A stretch of DNA of 64,000 nt from Octopus vulgaris (lineage: Eukaryota). Where the stretch lies: contig OX597822.1 in assembly GCA_951406725.2 (NCBI GenBank), positions 13,888,001 through 13,952,000 of the forward strand, given 5' to 3'. Under the pieces are notes generated by a model, which searched no databases, was not told where the DNA came from, and was given only the letters and a program-made list of their open reading frames with translations. Each line of letters begins with the position of its first letter. Within the stretch, counting starts at the first letter, position 1. Position numbers and translations under genes: made by a program. Shown here in pieces: positions 40,441 through 54,474 of the stretch.

Positions 40441-40468
<28 letters not shown>

Positions 40469-40474
<6 letters not shown>

Positions 40475-40763
40475 ATCACGTGACCGACCAGATCATCAGA
40501 TGTTGCTACACATCGCTGGTCACAATGCGTTCGCGTTGTTTTAGCCTTCGAACGACGCCACCCCGCTGGCTAAGCGAGCAGGCCAATAGAAGAAAAAGTG
40601 AGAGAAAGAGTGGTGAAAGAGTACAGCAGGGATCACCACCCTCTGCCGGAGCCTCGTGGAGCTTTTAGGTGTTTTCGCTCAATAAACACTCACAACGCCC
40701 GATCGAAACCGCAATCCTACGACCGCGAGTCCGCTGCCCTAACCACTAGGCCATTGCACCTCC
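40469..40763 (-). mobile_element. tRNA-derived SINE, family C (possibly tRNA-Arg related)
   Basis: Minus-strand head ggaggtgcaaTGGCCTAGTGGttagggcagcggactcgcggtcgtaggattgcGGTTTCGATC; (TA)n on both sides. Confidence 0.8.
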
Positions 40764-40771
40764 ATATATAT

Positions 40772-40840
<69 letters not shown>

Positions 40841-41924
40841 AGTTCAAAACCTCCGGTTGCTACTTACATATCGAATGACCACATAGAGGTTCTCTTGTTA
40901 GCTTGTGCGATAATGGTGTTGAGTCTGGTGATGGGGGGGATTATTTTAATTGATATGACAATAATGGGAAGGATTTGGATGTTAAGCATGCTTGTTGCTG
41001 TTGTTGTTGTTGCTGCTGTGTTGACAGTGTTAGTGATGATGATGATGATGAATTAGAATTTTGATGTTGAAAGTGCTTTCTGTTGATGGTGGTTATGAGG
41101 TTGATGTTGTTGGTGGTGGAGATAGGTGTGGTGTCGGTGATGGTGATAATTACGATGGTGATGATGATGATGATGAACGCCCTCAGGAGAACATCAAAGA
41201 AATACTAAACAGAAAGGGAAATAGAAATTACCAGAAAAACAATTACCAAAAAGCAAAAAGCAGAAAAATATAATATTTTTTTTCAAACGTGACTCTTCCA
41301 CGCCCCTTCCCGACTACCACCATCACAACTTAAATCACTACCTTTTCCATTAAAGACCACCGCCACTGCAACTTGTACTACTATTTTTAACGCCCCTTAC
41401 TTACACTAACCCAACCTCGCCCATCGACGCTGCCATCCTCCTGTAAGCCACCCCTCCTCCTCATCATAATCATCATCGTCGTCGTCATCATCATCATCAT
41501 CATCATCACCAGCACCGTCTCCTATCAGACATAATTAATTTAGTCAATGTGAAAACATTTAAATGACATGATGTATTAATAATACATCGGATATGAGACC
41601 TAACGAAGACGATGCTTTTAAGTGTGACTTGCGCAGAAATGTAATGGAAGAATTAAGGTTCTAGAGACTTGTTCCGCTTTCGTTTTTAATCTTTCGCCTA
41701 GAGGTGAAAGAGCAGCGTCTATGACATTTTGCAGAGCCTCAGCAAAAGGTGAAAGGAAAAGGAAAAGGTTGTTCACGACCCTGAGACTTGTCTTTTATGC
41801 AAGCAACACTATAACTTAAATCTTTGAAGGGATTCCGGTTATGGTGTTAATCCGCGAAATGGATTAAGATTACAACCCGTCCCACACGTCTGTAGATTAC
41901 AAAATTGCAGTTTCATGATATATG

Positions 41925-42077
41925 GCACGGATGTGACTGAGTGGAAAGAAGTTTGTTCCCCGACCAAATGGTTCTGGATTCAGTTCCATTGCGTAACACC
42001 TTAGGCAACTACTATAGCGCCGGGTCGACCAAAGCCTTGTGACTGGATTTAGCAGTCGGAAACTGAAAGAAGACCGT
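41925..42077 (+). mobile_element. Diverged SINE A head followed by (TG)n
   Basis: atggttctggattcagttcc...gaccaaagccttgtgactggatt...ggaaactgaaagaag. Confidence 0.7.
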
Positions 42078-42117
42078 TGTGTGTGTTTGTGTGTGTGTGT
42101 GTTTGTGTGAGTGAGTT

Positions 42118-42190
<73 letters not shown>

Positions 42191-42806
42191 TTTGTCTGTA
42201 GTGTAGGTAGTATGTACGACTTCTACGAGGCATATGAGGCTAGCGGATGGAGTTTATGAAGATATCCTCGTGTCGAAGTTATTAACCGAATGTTTGCAAC
42301 AGTGAGGTCTCTATTAAATGCAATAAGGGATCCAGCTGGTGATAACCGGAGCGAACAATTAAATCTTCTAGTCAAGCAGTTACGATTTGAACTCATAACA
42401 GAGAGAGACAGGGCAAATATTGCCATGTCTTCTGTCAGTCTACCACCTATGAGTGGCACTTTGTTATCGACTTCGAAAGCGAGACACTCAAAGTTGACCT
42501 CGGTGACATTTCAACTCGAAAGGCAAAGAGTGTTTACCCTGCTCCAGTAACATACATAAAGGGCCACAACTTCACCCCGTTCCTACCTTATTATCTAAAG
42601 TCAGTGGCGTCGATAAATCGTTGAGACTTTCGAGGTTACCTCTTATCGGAAAAGGTTAACAAATTGATTATATTTCTCACACATTACTTGAAGCAAGAAA
42701 ACCACATATACATGCATACATACATACATACAGACAGACAGACACACATTTGCCTACACACACACACACATATAATATATATAATATACATATCATATAT
42801 ATTATA

Positions 42807-42872
<66 letters not shown>

Positions 42873-44726
42873 TATATAAATATATATATACATATATATA
42901 ATGATATATATGCATATACATACACACACGTATCTATATATACATTATATATATATAATTAATAAAATGTATATATACATACATACACACACACACACAT
43001 ATAAGGACATGCGCTTATATATTTTTATTTTGTGACTATTTCCCCGCACGGAAGTATTTTTGACTTCTATTTTCAGCGATGCTGCTATTCATGTATCATC
43101 CTCGTAGATATGAATATATATAAGCATATGTCGTATATGTATATTATATAAATATATATATGTGTGTGTGTGTGTGTACTTTTACTTATTTACATACGTA
43201 TACATTTGATATATATAATATGCATTACATATATTGTGTATGTGTGTGTTATCAGCTGCACATACCTTGATGTCTGATAATTGGCCGTGCCAGGTTTTCA
43301 CACAGATGAAATAAAGTAAATAGTAATTTACATCACATCAAAAACAACCCTCAACTCTCAAAATAGTAAACAAGGAAAATATATAAACACCAAAAGTATA
43401 TGTGAAAATGAAACTTACCTGGGTTAATTGACACATACTCTTTCCCCGGTGACAAAACCTACACAAGTTTACGTCGGCATTAATCTATGCATTTACCACT
43501 GCAGCACTGTGTACATAAATTTGTTGACACAGAAATATAAGTTATATTAGCAACACTGTCGTTGATTACATTGGAATATTGGTTGCACAAATTTTGCTCA
43601 TGTGATCCGATATACTGCAGGACTGCAAGCAATTAGGATCAAGATAAAATGATCCTAATACAAAACCCAATAATTTAAAAATGAAAAGTTAGAAAAGTTC
43701 ACACAACATCCGAAAGTAAATAATAAAAAAATATTATCTGAACGGAAAATTAAAAACATACATACGCGATTTTCTGTATGTGTGTGTATTATGCATGAAT
43801 ATATCCATGTATGTATGTATGTATGTATGTATGTATGTATGTATGTATGTATGTATGTATGTATGTATGTATGTATGTACGTAAGTTTGTATATATATCC
43901 ACCAGCAGTGCAACCAAAGACACACACCTGATGACGTGCCAGTAAACACTTACAGCTGGATCATTTCTAATGTTTGTTATTTGCTTTTTTTTTATAACAT
44001 TTTCTGTATTATTATGAAACGGAAACTCAGCAACTAACTTTTGTCACCATTGCACAGAAACAATTGTTGCAATTTGTAATTAAAGCCTCTCCGTTCTATC
44101 TTCTTTCATAAATGTATATACATATATCATTTAATAATATACCCAATTTACAAGATAGCTCTGTGATATTATTCTACACAAACTAGATTAATTATGATAT
44201 CTTACAGACAAAGATAACGAAGATTTTTTTGCTTTGTTTTTACATTTTCCTTCATTTATGTATTAACCTTCTTCGCGTTATTTTTTCCTTTTATTATATT
44301 TCTCATGTTTTCGAATAGACCAACATTCTGGATTTTAAGAATATTTAACAATATTGTTTGCAGGTACATGGCATGTTATATAAATCTCCCAAATTCTTGT
44401 ATCTCTAAAGCCTGAAACTATTGGTAGCTCTTTTGTAAATTTTGTAGATTAAATGATCAGGACTTGTATCTATCGCAGAAAGAACTTGTTGCTGCAGGAG
44501 TGGAAGTGGTGGTGGAGGAGGGGAAGGTAGGGAGAGGGGAGGAGGGGACTGACGGAGAGAGGGAGAGGGGAGGAGGCGCAGGGACAGCAGAATCAGAAGC
44601 AGGCTTTGTGGTGATGATGATGACGGTGGAGGTAATGGTGATATTTGCGAAGGAAGATAATATTGATGATGACGACGAGGAGGAAAACGACGACGATGAG
44701 AATGTTGATGGTCGTGACACGGCTTT

Positions 44727-44777
<51 letters not shown>

Positions 44778-44783
44778 ACAATT

Positions 44784-44814
<31 letters not shown>

Positions 44815-44847
44815 CGATAATTTCAATGATGATGGATTCAATAATGA

Positions 44848-45038
44848 TTTCAAATTTCTGCCACAAGGGCAGCTTAGGGTTAGGGGAGTTAAGTGTTTTG
44901 CTGGTACTTACTTTATCGACCCCGAAAGGATGAAGGGCAAAGTCGACCTCGGAAGAATTTGAACTGAGAACGTTGTGACAGGCGAAATACCGCTAAGCAT
45001 TTTGCCCGGCATGCTAACGATTCTGCCAACTCGCCGCC

Positions 45039-45040
<2 letters not shown>
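44848..45040 (-). mobile_element. SINE B in (TAA)n
   Basis: Reverse-complement match to family B. Confidence 0.85.
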
Positions 45041-45129
<89 letters not shown>

Positions 45130-45290
45130 TAATAATAACAACAATAATAATAATGCTGATAACGATGTTAATGATGATGCTGTCGAAGCTAGTGAGTATC
45201 TCAGTGACGCAAATGATGCAAATGATGATGGTACCGAGAAAAATGGTTGTCAAATGTATACTGACGTCAAACGAAATGTCAAACTCACGA

Positions 45291-45340
<50 letters not shown>

Positions 45341-45682
45341 CCTATCTCTATCTCTCACTTTTTCTGTCTCTGCCTCTCTCTCTCTTTCTCTTATACACAC
45401 AAATACAAACATATACATGCACACATACACACACACGTGATTGAAGCACGTATATGTGTATGGCTGACGTGTGTATGTGTATGTGTGTGGATGTGTGTAT
45501 GTGTGCCTAGAAAGAGATGATAATACGTATGTCTATTTACAGACAGGATAATAGTATATATATAAATATATAATAATATAGACAATATAATATACACATA
45601 TATTTATATATATATATGTACGTATGTATGTATATATATGTATATATATATATATACATAAATATATGTGCGTGTGTGTGCG

Positions 45683-45722
<40 letters not shown>

Positions 45723-46068
45723 TATACATATGCATATAGACACACACAATATATCTGCATACATACATGCATACATATATACATATATACATACACGCAC
45801 ATGTATTCCTAAAACACGCGCGCTCTCACTGACACATAGAGATACATGTTAAGGAATCTAATATTCTACAAAAAATAATAAAAACAAAAGAAATGAAAAA
45901 AATTAGCTTCAGAGATTTCCTAACTTTAGGTATATGTGTGCATGCGTGCGCGTGTGGGTATATATATAAACATATATATATATGTTTATATATATATATA
46001 AATATATGTTTATATATGTATATAAATATATATATATATATGTGTATATGTATATGTATATATATATG

Positions 46069-46143
<75 letters not shown>

Positions 46144-46550
46144 GCATAATGTTGCGATGAAACGGTTGGCACCCCCACTTTTGCAATGTTTTCCTTTTAT
46201 GTTCCGCCATTAAGCTTATACAACAAAACGCATAATTACTTATTCTTTGTTTGTTTGTGTGTTATTTATCCTCGTTCCTCACGAGCTGTACAATCTGCCA
46301 TTTCTCAGTGTGTGCGTGTGTGTGTGTGCGCGCATGCGCGCGTGTGTATGTATGTGAAGTGTGTGTGTTTTTATGTGTGCGTAAGTATATTTTGGTTATG
46401 TTGCGGTAGAAAATCAAGAAGAATGGAAAAATGGAATCAAATATCTCAGTATATATAGGTTTTCTTTTTATTCCTAAAAGTACGATGAAATATAAATTAG
46501 TTATATGACAAGTGTTGGAGTAGTTTAATGCTTAAGAAGGAGAAAAAGAA

Positions 46551-46584
46551 AGATAACGTTTCGGGCGCAAGTCTTTCGTCAAAA
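46551..46584 (-). ncRNA. Decayed minimal type I hammerhead motif
   Basis: TTGACGA-a agac ttgc gccc-GAAA-cg-TT. Confidence 0.35.
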
Positions 46585-46707
46585 AAGTAATGGAATGGTA
46601 AAATATAGGGAGAAAATAGATAATAAAATGTGGAAAAACTCAAAATGAATGAGAAACAATGCTTCAAAATAAATTGAATACAGTAATGATAAAGTTTATA
46701 GAATTAT

Positions 46708-46746
<39 letters not shown>

Positions 46747-47287
46747 CAAGTACGAATAAATGTGTTCATACATAAAAGGTGTGGCTGGAAAAAAGACAGT
46801 CGGTCTCTTGTGTCTCCAAAATAGAGAGGAACACAATCTTTTGGGAAAAAAAACGAACAACATAAATAATGTTGTGTGACATGACACTACTAAGAATTGT
46901 AAAATTATGTTAATTATTTTTGTTGATATTGTTACATGTGTTTGTGACTATTAACACGGTTGGGCAAATATGCACGGTATTAGATAAAATCTCTTTAAGT
47001 CTGAGTGCAACGGTTCACTGCGCAGTTCTACTGCACCAATTCCGCTACGCACCATTGCAATGCATTGCAGCAATGGTACACTGCAATGGCTTTTCTCCAT
47101 ACATCCATACATACATTCATACATACACTCATATGTATATACATACACATCTCTGCTTTTGCTACTGCTGCTACTACTACGGCTGCTACTTCTGCTACTG
47201 CTGCTACTACGATTTTTGCTGCTGCTACGACTACTAGCATATCTACTACTACTACTGCTACAACAACTACTACTACTACTGCCATTT

Positions 47288-47330
<43 letters not shown>

Positions 47331-47350
47331 CACTACTACTACTACTGCTG

Positions 47351-47382
<32 letters not shown>

Positions 47383-47437
47383 GCAACTACTACAACTACT
47401 ACCACTACTGCTGCTACTACTACTACCACTACTGCTG

Positions 47438-47502
<65 letters not shown>

Positions 47503-47899
47503 ACAAACAGCGGCAGCATTATGATCATTATTCACAAAATATCAATTAATAATGACAAGAACACTAACTAATGGCGTCTGAACCTCCACTCTCAAATACA
47601 TTTTTCCACAACCATAATTCCTTCGTGACGATGACGCTGCTGCTTCGGCTGCTGCTGCTGATGCTGATGATGCTGATGATGACGACAATGACAACGACGG
47701 TGGCGATGGTGGTGGAGGTGGAGGTGGTGACGGTGATACCGATGACCGCCACCTCTGCTACCACCTCCTTGAAACAGACACACTTTCACGTAAACACACA
47801 CACGCACGCACACACACACACATACACACAACTATCCTATTGTGTTACTTTATTGTCCTCCGATTGAAAATAAAGACTTTGCATACGATTACGAGCACA

Positions 47900-47939
<40 letters not shown>

Positions 47940-47942
<3 letters not shown>

Positions 47943-48053
47943 ATTATATAAATATAAATTTTGTTATTTATTTACACACACATTTGTGTTTGTGTATCTG
48001 TGCGGGAATTATAAACATATATGTACCTATATGTCTATGTATTACACACACAC

Positions 48054-48088
<35 letters not shown>

Positions 48089-48185
48089 ATTATATAAATA
48101 TAAATTTAGTTATTTATTTACACACACATTTGTGTGTGTGTATCTGTGCGGGAATTATAAACATATATGTACCTATATGTCTATG

Positions 48186-48191
<6 letters not shown>
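47940..48191. repeat. Tandem duplication of an about 105-bp unit separated by (CA)n
   Basis: 47940-48045 and 48086-48191 are nearly identical. Confidence 0.9.
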
Positions 48192-48280
<89 letters not shown>

Positions 48281-48732
48281 TGCACATGTTAAACAGTAAT
48301 GTATTATCCTTAATGGAACTCAGCGGTCAGCCAGTCTAGCTACACAATCGCATAACCGGCCTGTGATAATATTACCGCCGCCGCCGCCGATGTCGCCGCC
48401 AGCCTCATTACCACCACCGCCACCACCACCATCAACCACTACTCCACCGGTAATTTTAGCTGACGCAACGCCTGCTGGGTAATTAATATTAAATAATCAA
48501 CAGTTGAAATGTTTTAGATTTCCAACAACAACAGCTTCCATTATTATTGTAGAAGAAGAAGAAGAAGAAGAAGAAGAAGAAGAAGAAGAAGAAGAAGAAG
48601 AAGAAATCGAAGATGATGACGACGACGACGACGACAGCGACAATAATGACACCGAAATGGGATTAAATAAAAACAGAAAAAAAATAATAAATTTGAATTA
48701 CTTCGCAAATGAATTGAGAAACAACAAATGCA

Positions 48733-48768
<36 letters not shown>

Positions 48769-49582
48769 GTGGTTGTGATTTAAAGGAGGAGAAAGAGGTA
48801 GAAGAAGAAGAAGAAGAAGAAGAAGAAGAAGAAGAAGAAGAAGAAGAAAAGGATGTAGATAACGAAAACAATGACAGAGATCGTCTTTGTCCTAAAAACC
48901 ACCCCCCGCGCACACCCCCTCCCCAACCGTCTCTTCCGTAAAAAGAAAATGAAAACATAAACAATAAAATGATTAAAATAAACCAAAAAAAAAGAATTAG
49001 AGATAAATTTTTATCACAAGACCCGGATGTAAACTTGATTAGGAGATTTAATATGCGCGCGCGCGTATGTGTGTGTGTGTGAAGTATCCAGCAATTTTAA
49101 GTCCGTCACTGTTAGCGGCGGCGGCGTTTCCTTCACGCGATCGATCGGCAGGAAATTTCAATTTTTTTTTTTTTTTCTCAATCCACACCACACTGAATGC
49201 AACCAGAAAAAGTGTGCCACGGCTCAGTGATTAGGAAAAAAAGGAAAGGAAAGAAAGGAAGGAAGGAAGAAAGAAAGAGAGAAGGAAGGAAAGAAAGAAA
49301 GAATGGAAGGAAGAAGAAGGAAAGAAAGAAAGTAAGCTAGAAGGAAGGGAAGAAAGAAGGAAAGAAAGACAAAGAAAGACAGAAAGGAAGAAGACGAAGA
49401 AGAAGGAAAGACAGAAAGAAGGAAAGAAAAGAAAGGGAGGAAGAAGAAGAAGAAGAAGAAGAAGAAGAAGAAGAAGAAGAATGGGAAGGAAGGAAGGAAG
49501 GACGGACGGACGGAAAGAAGGAAGAAAAGAAAGAAAAAGGGAAGGAAAGAAAAAGTAAAGAAAAGTGATAACATTTGGACAA

Positions 49583-49745
49583 GTGGCTACAACGTTGCAT
49601 TCATGATCACAAGATGGTGGTTTCGATTAATGGACAGAGTGGGGCGTTGTGTTCTTGAGCACAACACTTCATTTCACGTTGGTCCAGTCTGCTCAGCTGT
49701 AGATTGGTCACCCCTCGTCGGACTGGTGCCCCGTTCACAGCTGGA
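49583..49745 (+). mobile_element. Diverged tRNA-derived SINE (family C/D-like)
   Basis: B-box GGTTTCGATT followed by gggcgttgtgttcttgagcacaacactt core. Confidence 0.55.
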
Positions 49746-49838
49746 TGTTGTCCTAGAAATTGAGCTGTCGACTTAATAAGTGCTAGGAACTCAAAACATT
49801 AATGCCCGGGTGTTGTTGTTGTTATTGTTAATAAAGAC

Positions 49839-49896
<58 letters not shown>

Positions 49897-50029
49897 GAAG
49901 AATAAAAGCCAAAGTCGTCGGATGCAGGATTTGAACTCTTAAGAATCTTTTCTGGTTGAAACTGAAGTCATGGAAACCATTTAATGTGATTCTGGTTATA
50001 ACTTACGGTTTAAAACCGTTAGGGTTGTA

Positions 50030-50580
<551 letters not shown>

Positions 50581-50613
50581 AACTCGATATCGTTCAGACT
50601 ACTCTTGTCTTAA

Positions 50614-50653
<40 letters not shown>

Positions 50654-50695
50654 TCATAGATACATGCCTCTCTCTCTCTCTCACTCACTCCCTGA

Positions 50696-50784
<89 letters not shown>

Positions 50785-50794
50785 TATATATACA

Positions 50795-50859
50795 CTAGCC
50801 TCGGGCCGACAAAAGCCATGTGAGTGGATCTGGAAGACGGAAACTGAAAAGAGCCCGCC

Positions 50860-50926
<67 letters not shown>

Positions 50927-51150
50927 GGTGGGTGTGTGTGTGTATACTTGTGCGTCTGTGTTTCTCCTCCCAACATCGCTTGACAAACCAATGTTGGTGT
51001 ATTTGCGTGTCCGTCCATTAGCGGTTCGGCAATAGAGACCGATAGAATAAGTACTAGACTTACAAAGAACAAGTCCTGGGGTCAATTAATTCGACTAAAG
51101 GCGGTGCTCCAGCCTGGCCGTATTGAAATGACTGATATAAGTAAAAGAAG
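50795..51150 (+). mobile_element. SINE A, 5' truncated
   Basis: tagcctcgggccgac...ggcggtgctccagc...aagtaaaag. Confidence 0.8.
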
Positions 51151-51177
51151 AAAAGAATATATGTATATGTGTGTTTA

Positions 51178-51222
<45 letters not shown>

Positions 51223-51443
51223 TCATACATACCTACAGACATCACGCATCTGCGCACGCGCACAAACACTTCTGCCAGTGTACAAATCTAGCTGTCCACA
51301 CTTATATTCGAACATAAATCTTCCCAGCTTTACATGAAGAACGGTGTCTGTGCTCATAGTTCTACACTTCAAGAAATTCCATTAAAAAAAAAACTTGGTT
51401 TCGGCAAAAACTAATTAATATGTGACGACATTCCTACTTTGTG

Positions 51444-51511
<68 letters not shown>

Positions 51512-51607
51512 CTAACACACACACAAACACACACACACATTAAGTCTCACAGACATTCTGCACTAACAAAGTAGTTTGATTTATGATTTCAGATGTTTTT
51601 CGCAAGC

Positions 51608-51688
<81 letters not shown>

Positions 51689-51767
51689 CCCTTCCTCTCT
51701 CTATAAATATATATATATATATATATGACGAATGAAAACTGGAAGATACGAGAATTTTTTTTATTAA

Positions 51768-51810
51768 TCGCGACAATTGTTTCAATACATCTAGCCTCGA
51801 TTCCTCGCGA
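51768..51810 (-). ncRNA. Type I hammerhead motif lacking the first two core bases
   Basis: tcgc-(CT missing)GAGGA...GAAA-caattg-TC-gcga, then AATAAA. Confidence 0.5.
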
Positions 51811-52012
51811 GTGGGACACTCAACGACTAGTTTATTTGCCATATACATAACGATCACTTTGAAAGAGACCGTGCTTTACCAGTAAGCTATCAGGTGTAAA
51901 CCATTCGTTTTGTTACCCATTATATACATACATACATATATATATATATATACACATACATATATATATAAATATATATATATATACATACATACATACA
52001 TATATCTATATA

Positions 52013-52053
<41 letters not shown>

Positions 52054-52056
52054 TAT

Positions 52057-52307
52057 ATAAATTACTTTGCCGCATACTGAACTCATTAGAAATAGCAGCT
52101 AAAAAACTTATTTAAAGCTATTTCTAATACTTAAAGAAAATCTCTCTCATATATAGCGTTTGCTTAATTCAACTCACAAAACTTTTGTGAGTTGAATTAA
52201 GCAAACGCTATATATGAGAGAGATTTTCTTTAAGTATTAGAAATAGCTTTAAATAAGTTTTTTAGCTGCTATTTCTAATGAGTTCAGTATGCGGCAAAGT
52301 AATTTAT
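52057..52307. repeat. Perfect 251-bp palindrome (125-bp arms, 1-nt centre at 52182) with one-sided tail to about 52430
   Basis: Arms compared base by base by eye; no mismatch seen. Confidence 0.93.
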
Positions 52308-52444
52308 TTTACTAAGCCCTTTTATATAATGTAATAATTTGAATTCGCCTTAAATGGTCCCTTTGCATACTGAACACTTGGTGAAATTGATTAATAATTA
52401 ATTAATTTTACCCTCAATTGTTGAAATTATATATATATATATAT

Positions 52445-52895
52445 ACATACTTGGAAAAGGATGCGTGGCGTTCGTTCATATAATAATATAAATAATATAT
52501 ACATACATATATGTACATACCTGCATATATATGTATATATACATGCATATATGGGTACAGGACATAAAAAAAAAAAACCTTGAACACAATGAGAAACAAA
52601 AACATAGAAACGAACTTTTTTTCAAACAACGGAACAAACAGAGTACAAGACATACATCACAAGGAATATTCCCCTGCTTCAGTTGTCCCTGTTTCAACTA
52701 CTCCGCGTTACGAAGTTAAGGACAAGACGCGGCTTCGTTGAAACAATCCTTCCCGCAAAGCAAATTAAATAAAATTTGGGATTTTTTGCGGAGGGTAAAA
52801 ATGGTAACAAGAACAGGACAGTGAGAACAAAACAGTAAAAACAAACGGCGAAGGCTGTTAAGTCAAGACGATGGAGAAATTATTCTGAACGCTTA
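52445..52895 (-). mobile_element. Family P non-coding repeat with intact 3' end
   Basis: End acttggaaaaggatgcgtggcgttcg matches the reverse complement of 59570-59596; atgcatatatgggtacagga motif; ribozyme block. Confidence 0.75.
52671..52739 (-). ncRNA. Permuted hammerhead motif with two core substitutions
   Basis: gaag-ccgcg-TC-ttgtcc-ttaacttc-GTAA-cgcgg..ggacaa-CTGAAGC-agggg. Confidence 0.62.
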
Positions 52896-52934
52896 AGGAT
52901 ACTCGACTCTCTCGTCACTGACACGTGATCAGAG

Positions 52935-53218
52935 GGAAGCCATCTTTCCAACTGCTATTTTCACCAAGACCAGACCAGCTTATCCTGCCTCTTTCATAAG
53001 CTGTCTCGACCTGAAGAAAAGATCAGGCTACTCGACCTGAAGAAAATTCTGACTGGGCCCCACCTTGCAAGGTCATGCGCCGTTTATCTTGATATGAGAT
53101 CACCATGTTGCACACCTTGTGGTTGTGATGCACGTGCCTGGTGTACTCTTAGACGAGTAGTCATTATGGGTATACTGGGCTTCATATATTTTACTCCAGT
53201 TGCTCTCTTACTCAATAA
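52935..53218 (+). mobile_element. Retroposon 3' end terminating in (TAA)n
   Basis: tgggcttcRtatattttacYccagt...ctctYactcaataat also present at 28393-28457. Confidence 0.55.
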
Positions 53219-53238
53219 TAATAATAATAATAATAATG

Positions 53239-53283
<45 letters not shown>

Positions 53284-53680
53284 GTAATAATAATAATGAT
53301 AATAATAATAACAACAACAACAAAAACAACAACAGCAATAAATATCATAATAGGATTTTATTTTGGCTCAAGAATTTTTAATTTTGGGGAGATATTATTT
53401 ATCGATTGTATATGAGTGATACTGAAGCAAATTTTATCCCAGAGAGATTTGAACTCAGACTGCAACAAGTATTGCAAAGAGATTTTTCCACCACTCTGTA
53501 TTGCCACATTCCAGAGTCACCATCACTGTGTCAAGTGAATGCCCTCACTGTAATAAATAGCGCAAAAGCACGAGAAAGCTACCTTCCGGAATTCACTTGT
53601 CACAAAGCGGTCGATTGTGTCACTTGCAAAGAATTTCTCTCCACATAAATACATACATACATGCATACATACATCCATAC

Positions 53681-53727
<47 letters not shown>

Positions 53728-53798
53728 GCATATATAAATATATGTACGTACACCTACACAAACACACATACAGACATTTAAGTTTGTATAAGTTTAAG

Positions 53799-53860
<62 letters not shown>

Positions 53861-53954
53861 CGTGCGCGTGTGTATGAGTGAAAACCTGCTTCTTTTACTC
53901 TTTTAGTCTTACATACTTCTGATTCTTTCTTCTCTCTTTCTCTCACTGTCTCCT

Positions 53955-54001
<47 letters not shown>

Positions 54002-54172
54002 TAATATATATAATGAAGTTGGGTTGGTGGTTCATGAAATCATAATTATAGTATTTATAAGATGGCACTCCTTAAAGAATTTATGTTTGATCATACGTGT
54101 GTGTGTGTGTGTGTGTGTGAATGTGTGTGTTCTGAAATGTATATTCATATGTATCCGTGTATGTGTGAAGAT

Positions 54173-54211
<39 letters not shown>

Positions 54212-54214
54212 TAC

Positions 54215-54263
<49 letters not shown>

Positions 54264-54356
54264 ATGATTTTTGATATATTTCTATCACCGTTTTAGGAAA
54301 TAGATGATGCACCACATTTTTAGCGAATAATTAGAGAATTTTTCATATGTGTGTGT

Positions 54357-54463
<107 letters not shown>

Positions 54464-54474
54464 GATAGATAGTT

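Noticed and set aside
40690-40763. tRNA-like sequence
   Set aside because: Acceptor and T stems are incomplete and it runs into a SINE body; treated as a SINE head, like the heads of families A and B
42290-42550. 86-aa non-repetitive ORF
   Set aside because: Overlaps degraded SINE B-like sequence and has no recognisable domain
43922-43960. CTGATGA, gtg/cac stem and acagctg palindrome
   Set aside because: GAAA and stem I are absent; too decayed to call
48504-48941. Acidic E/D-rich 145-aa ORF
   Set aside because: Made of GAA and GAT trinucleotide repeats; no domain or splice support
53005-53047. Twice-repeated ctcgacctgaagaaaa
   Set aside because: A short local duplication in a retroposon tail with no hammerhead stems; only two units, so not an array or CRISPR
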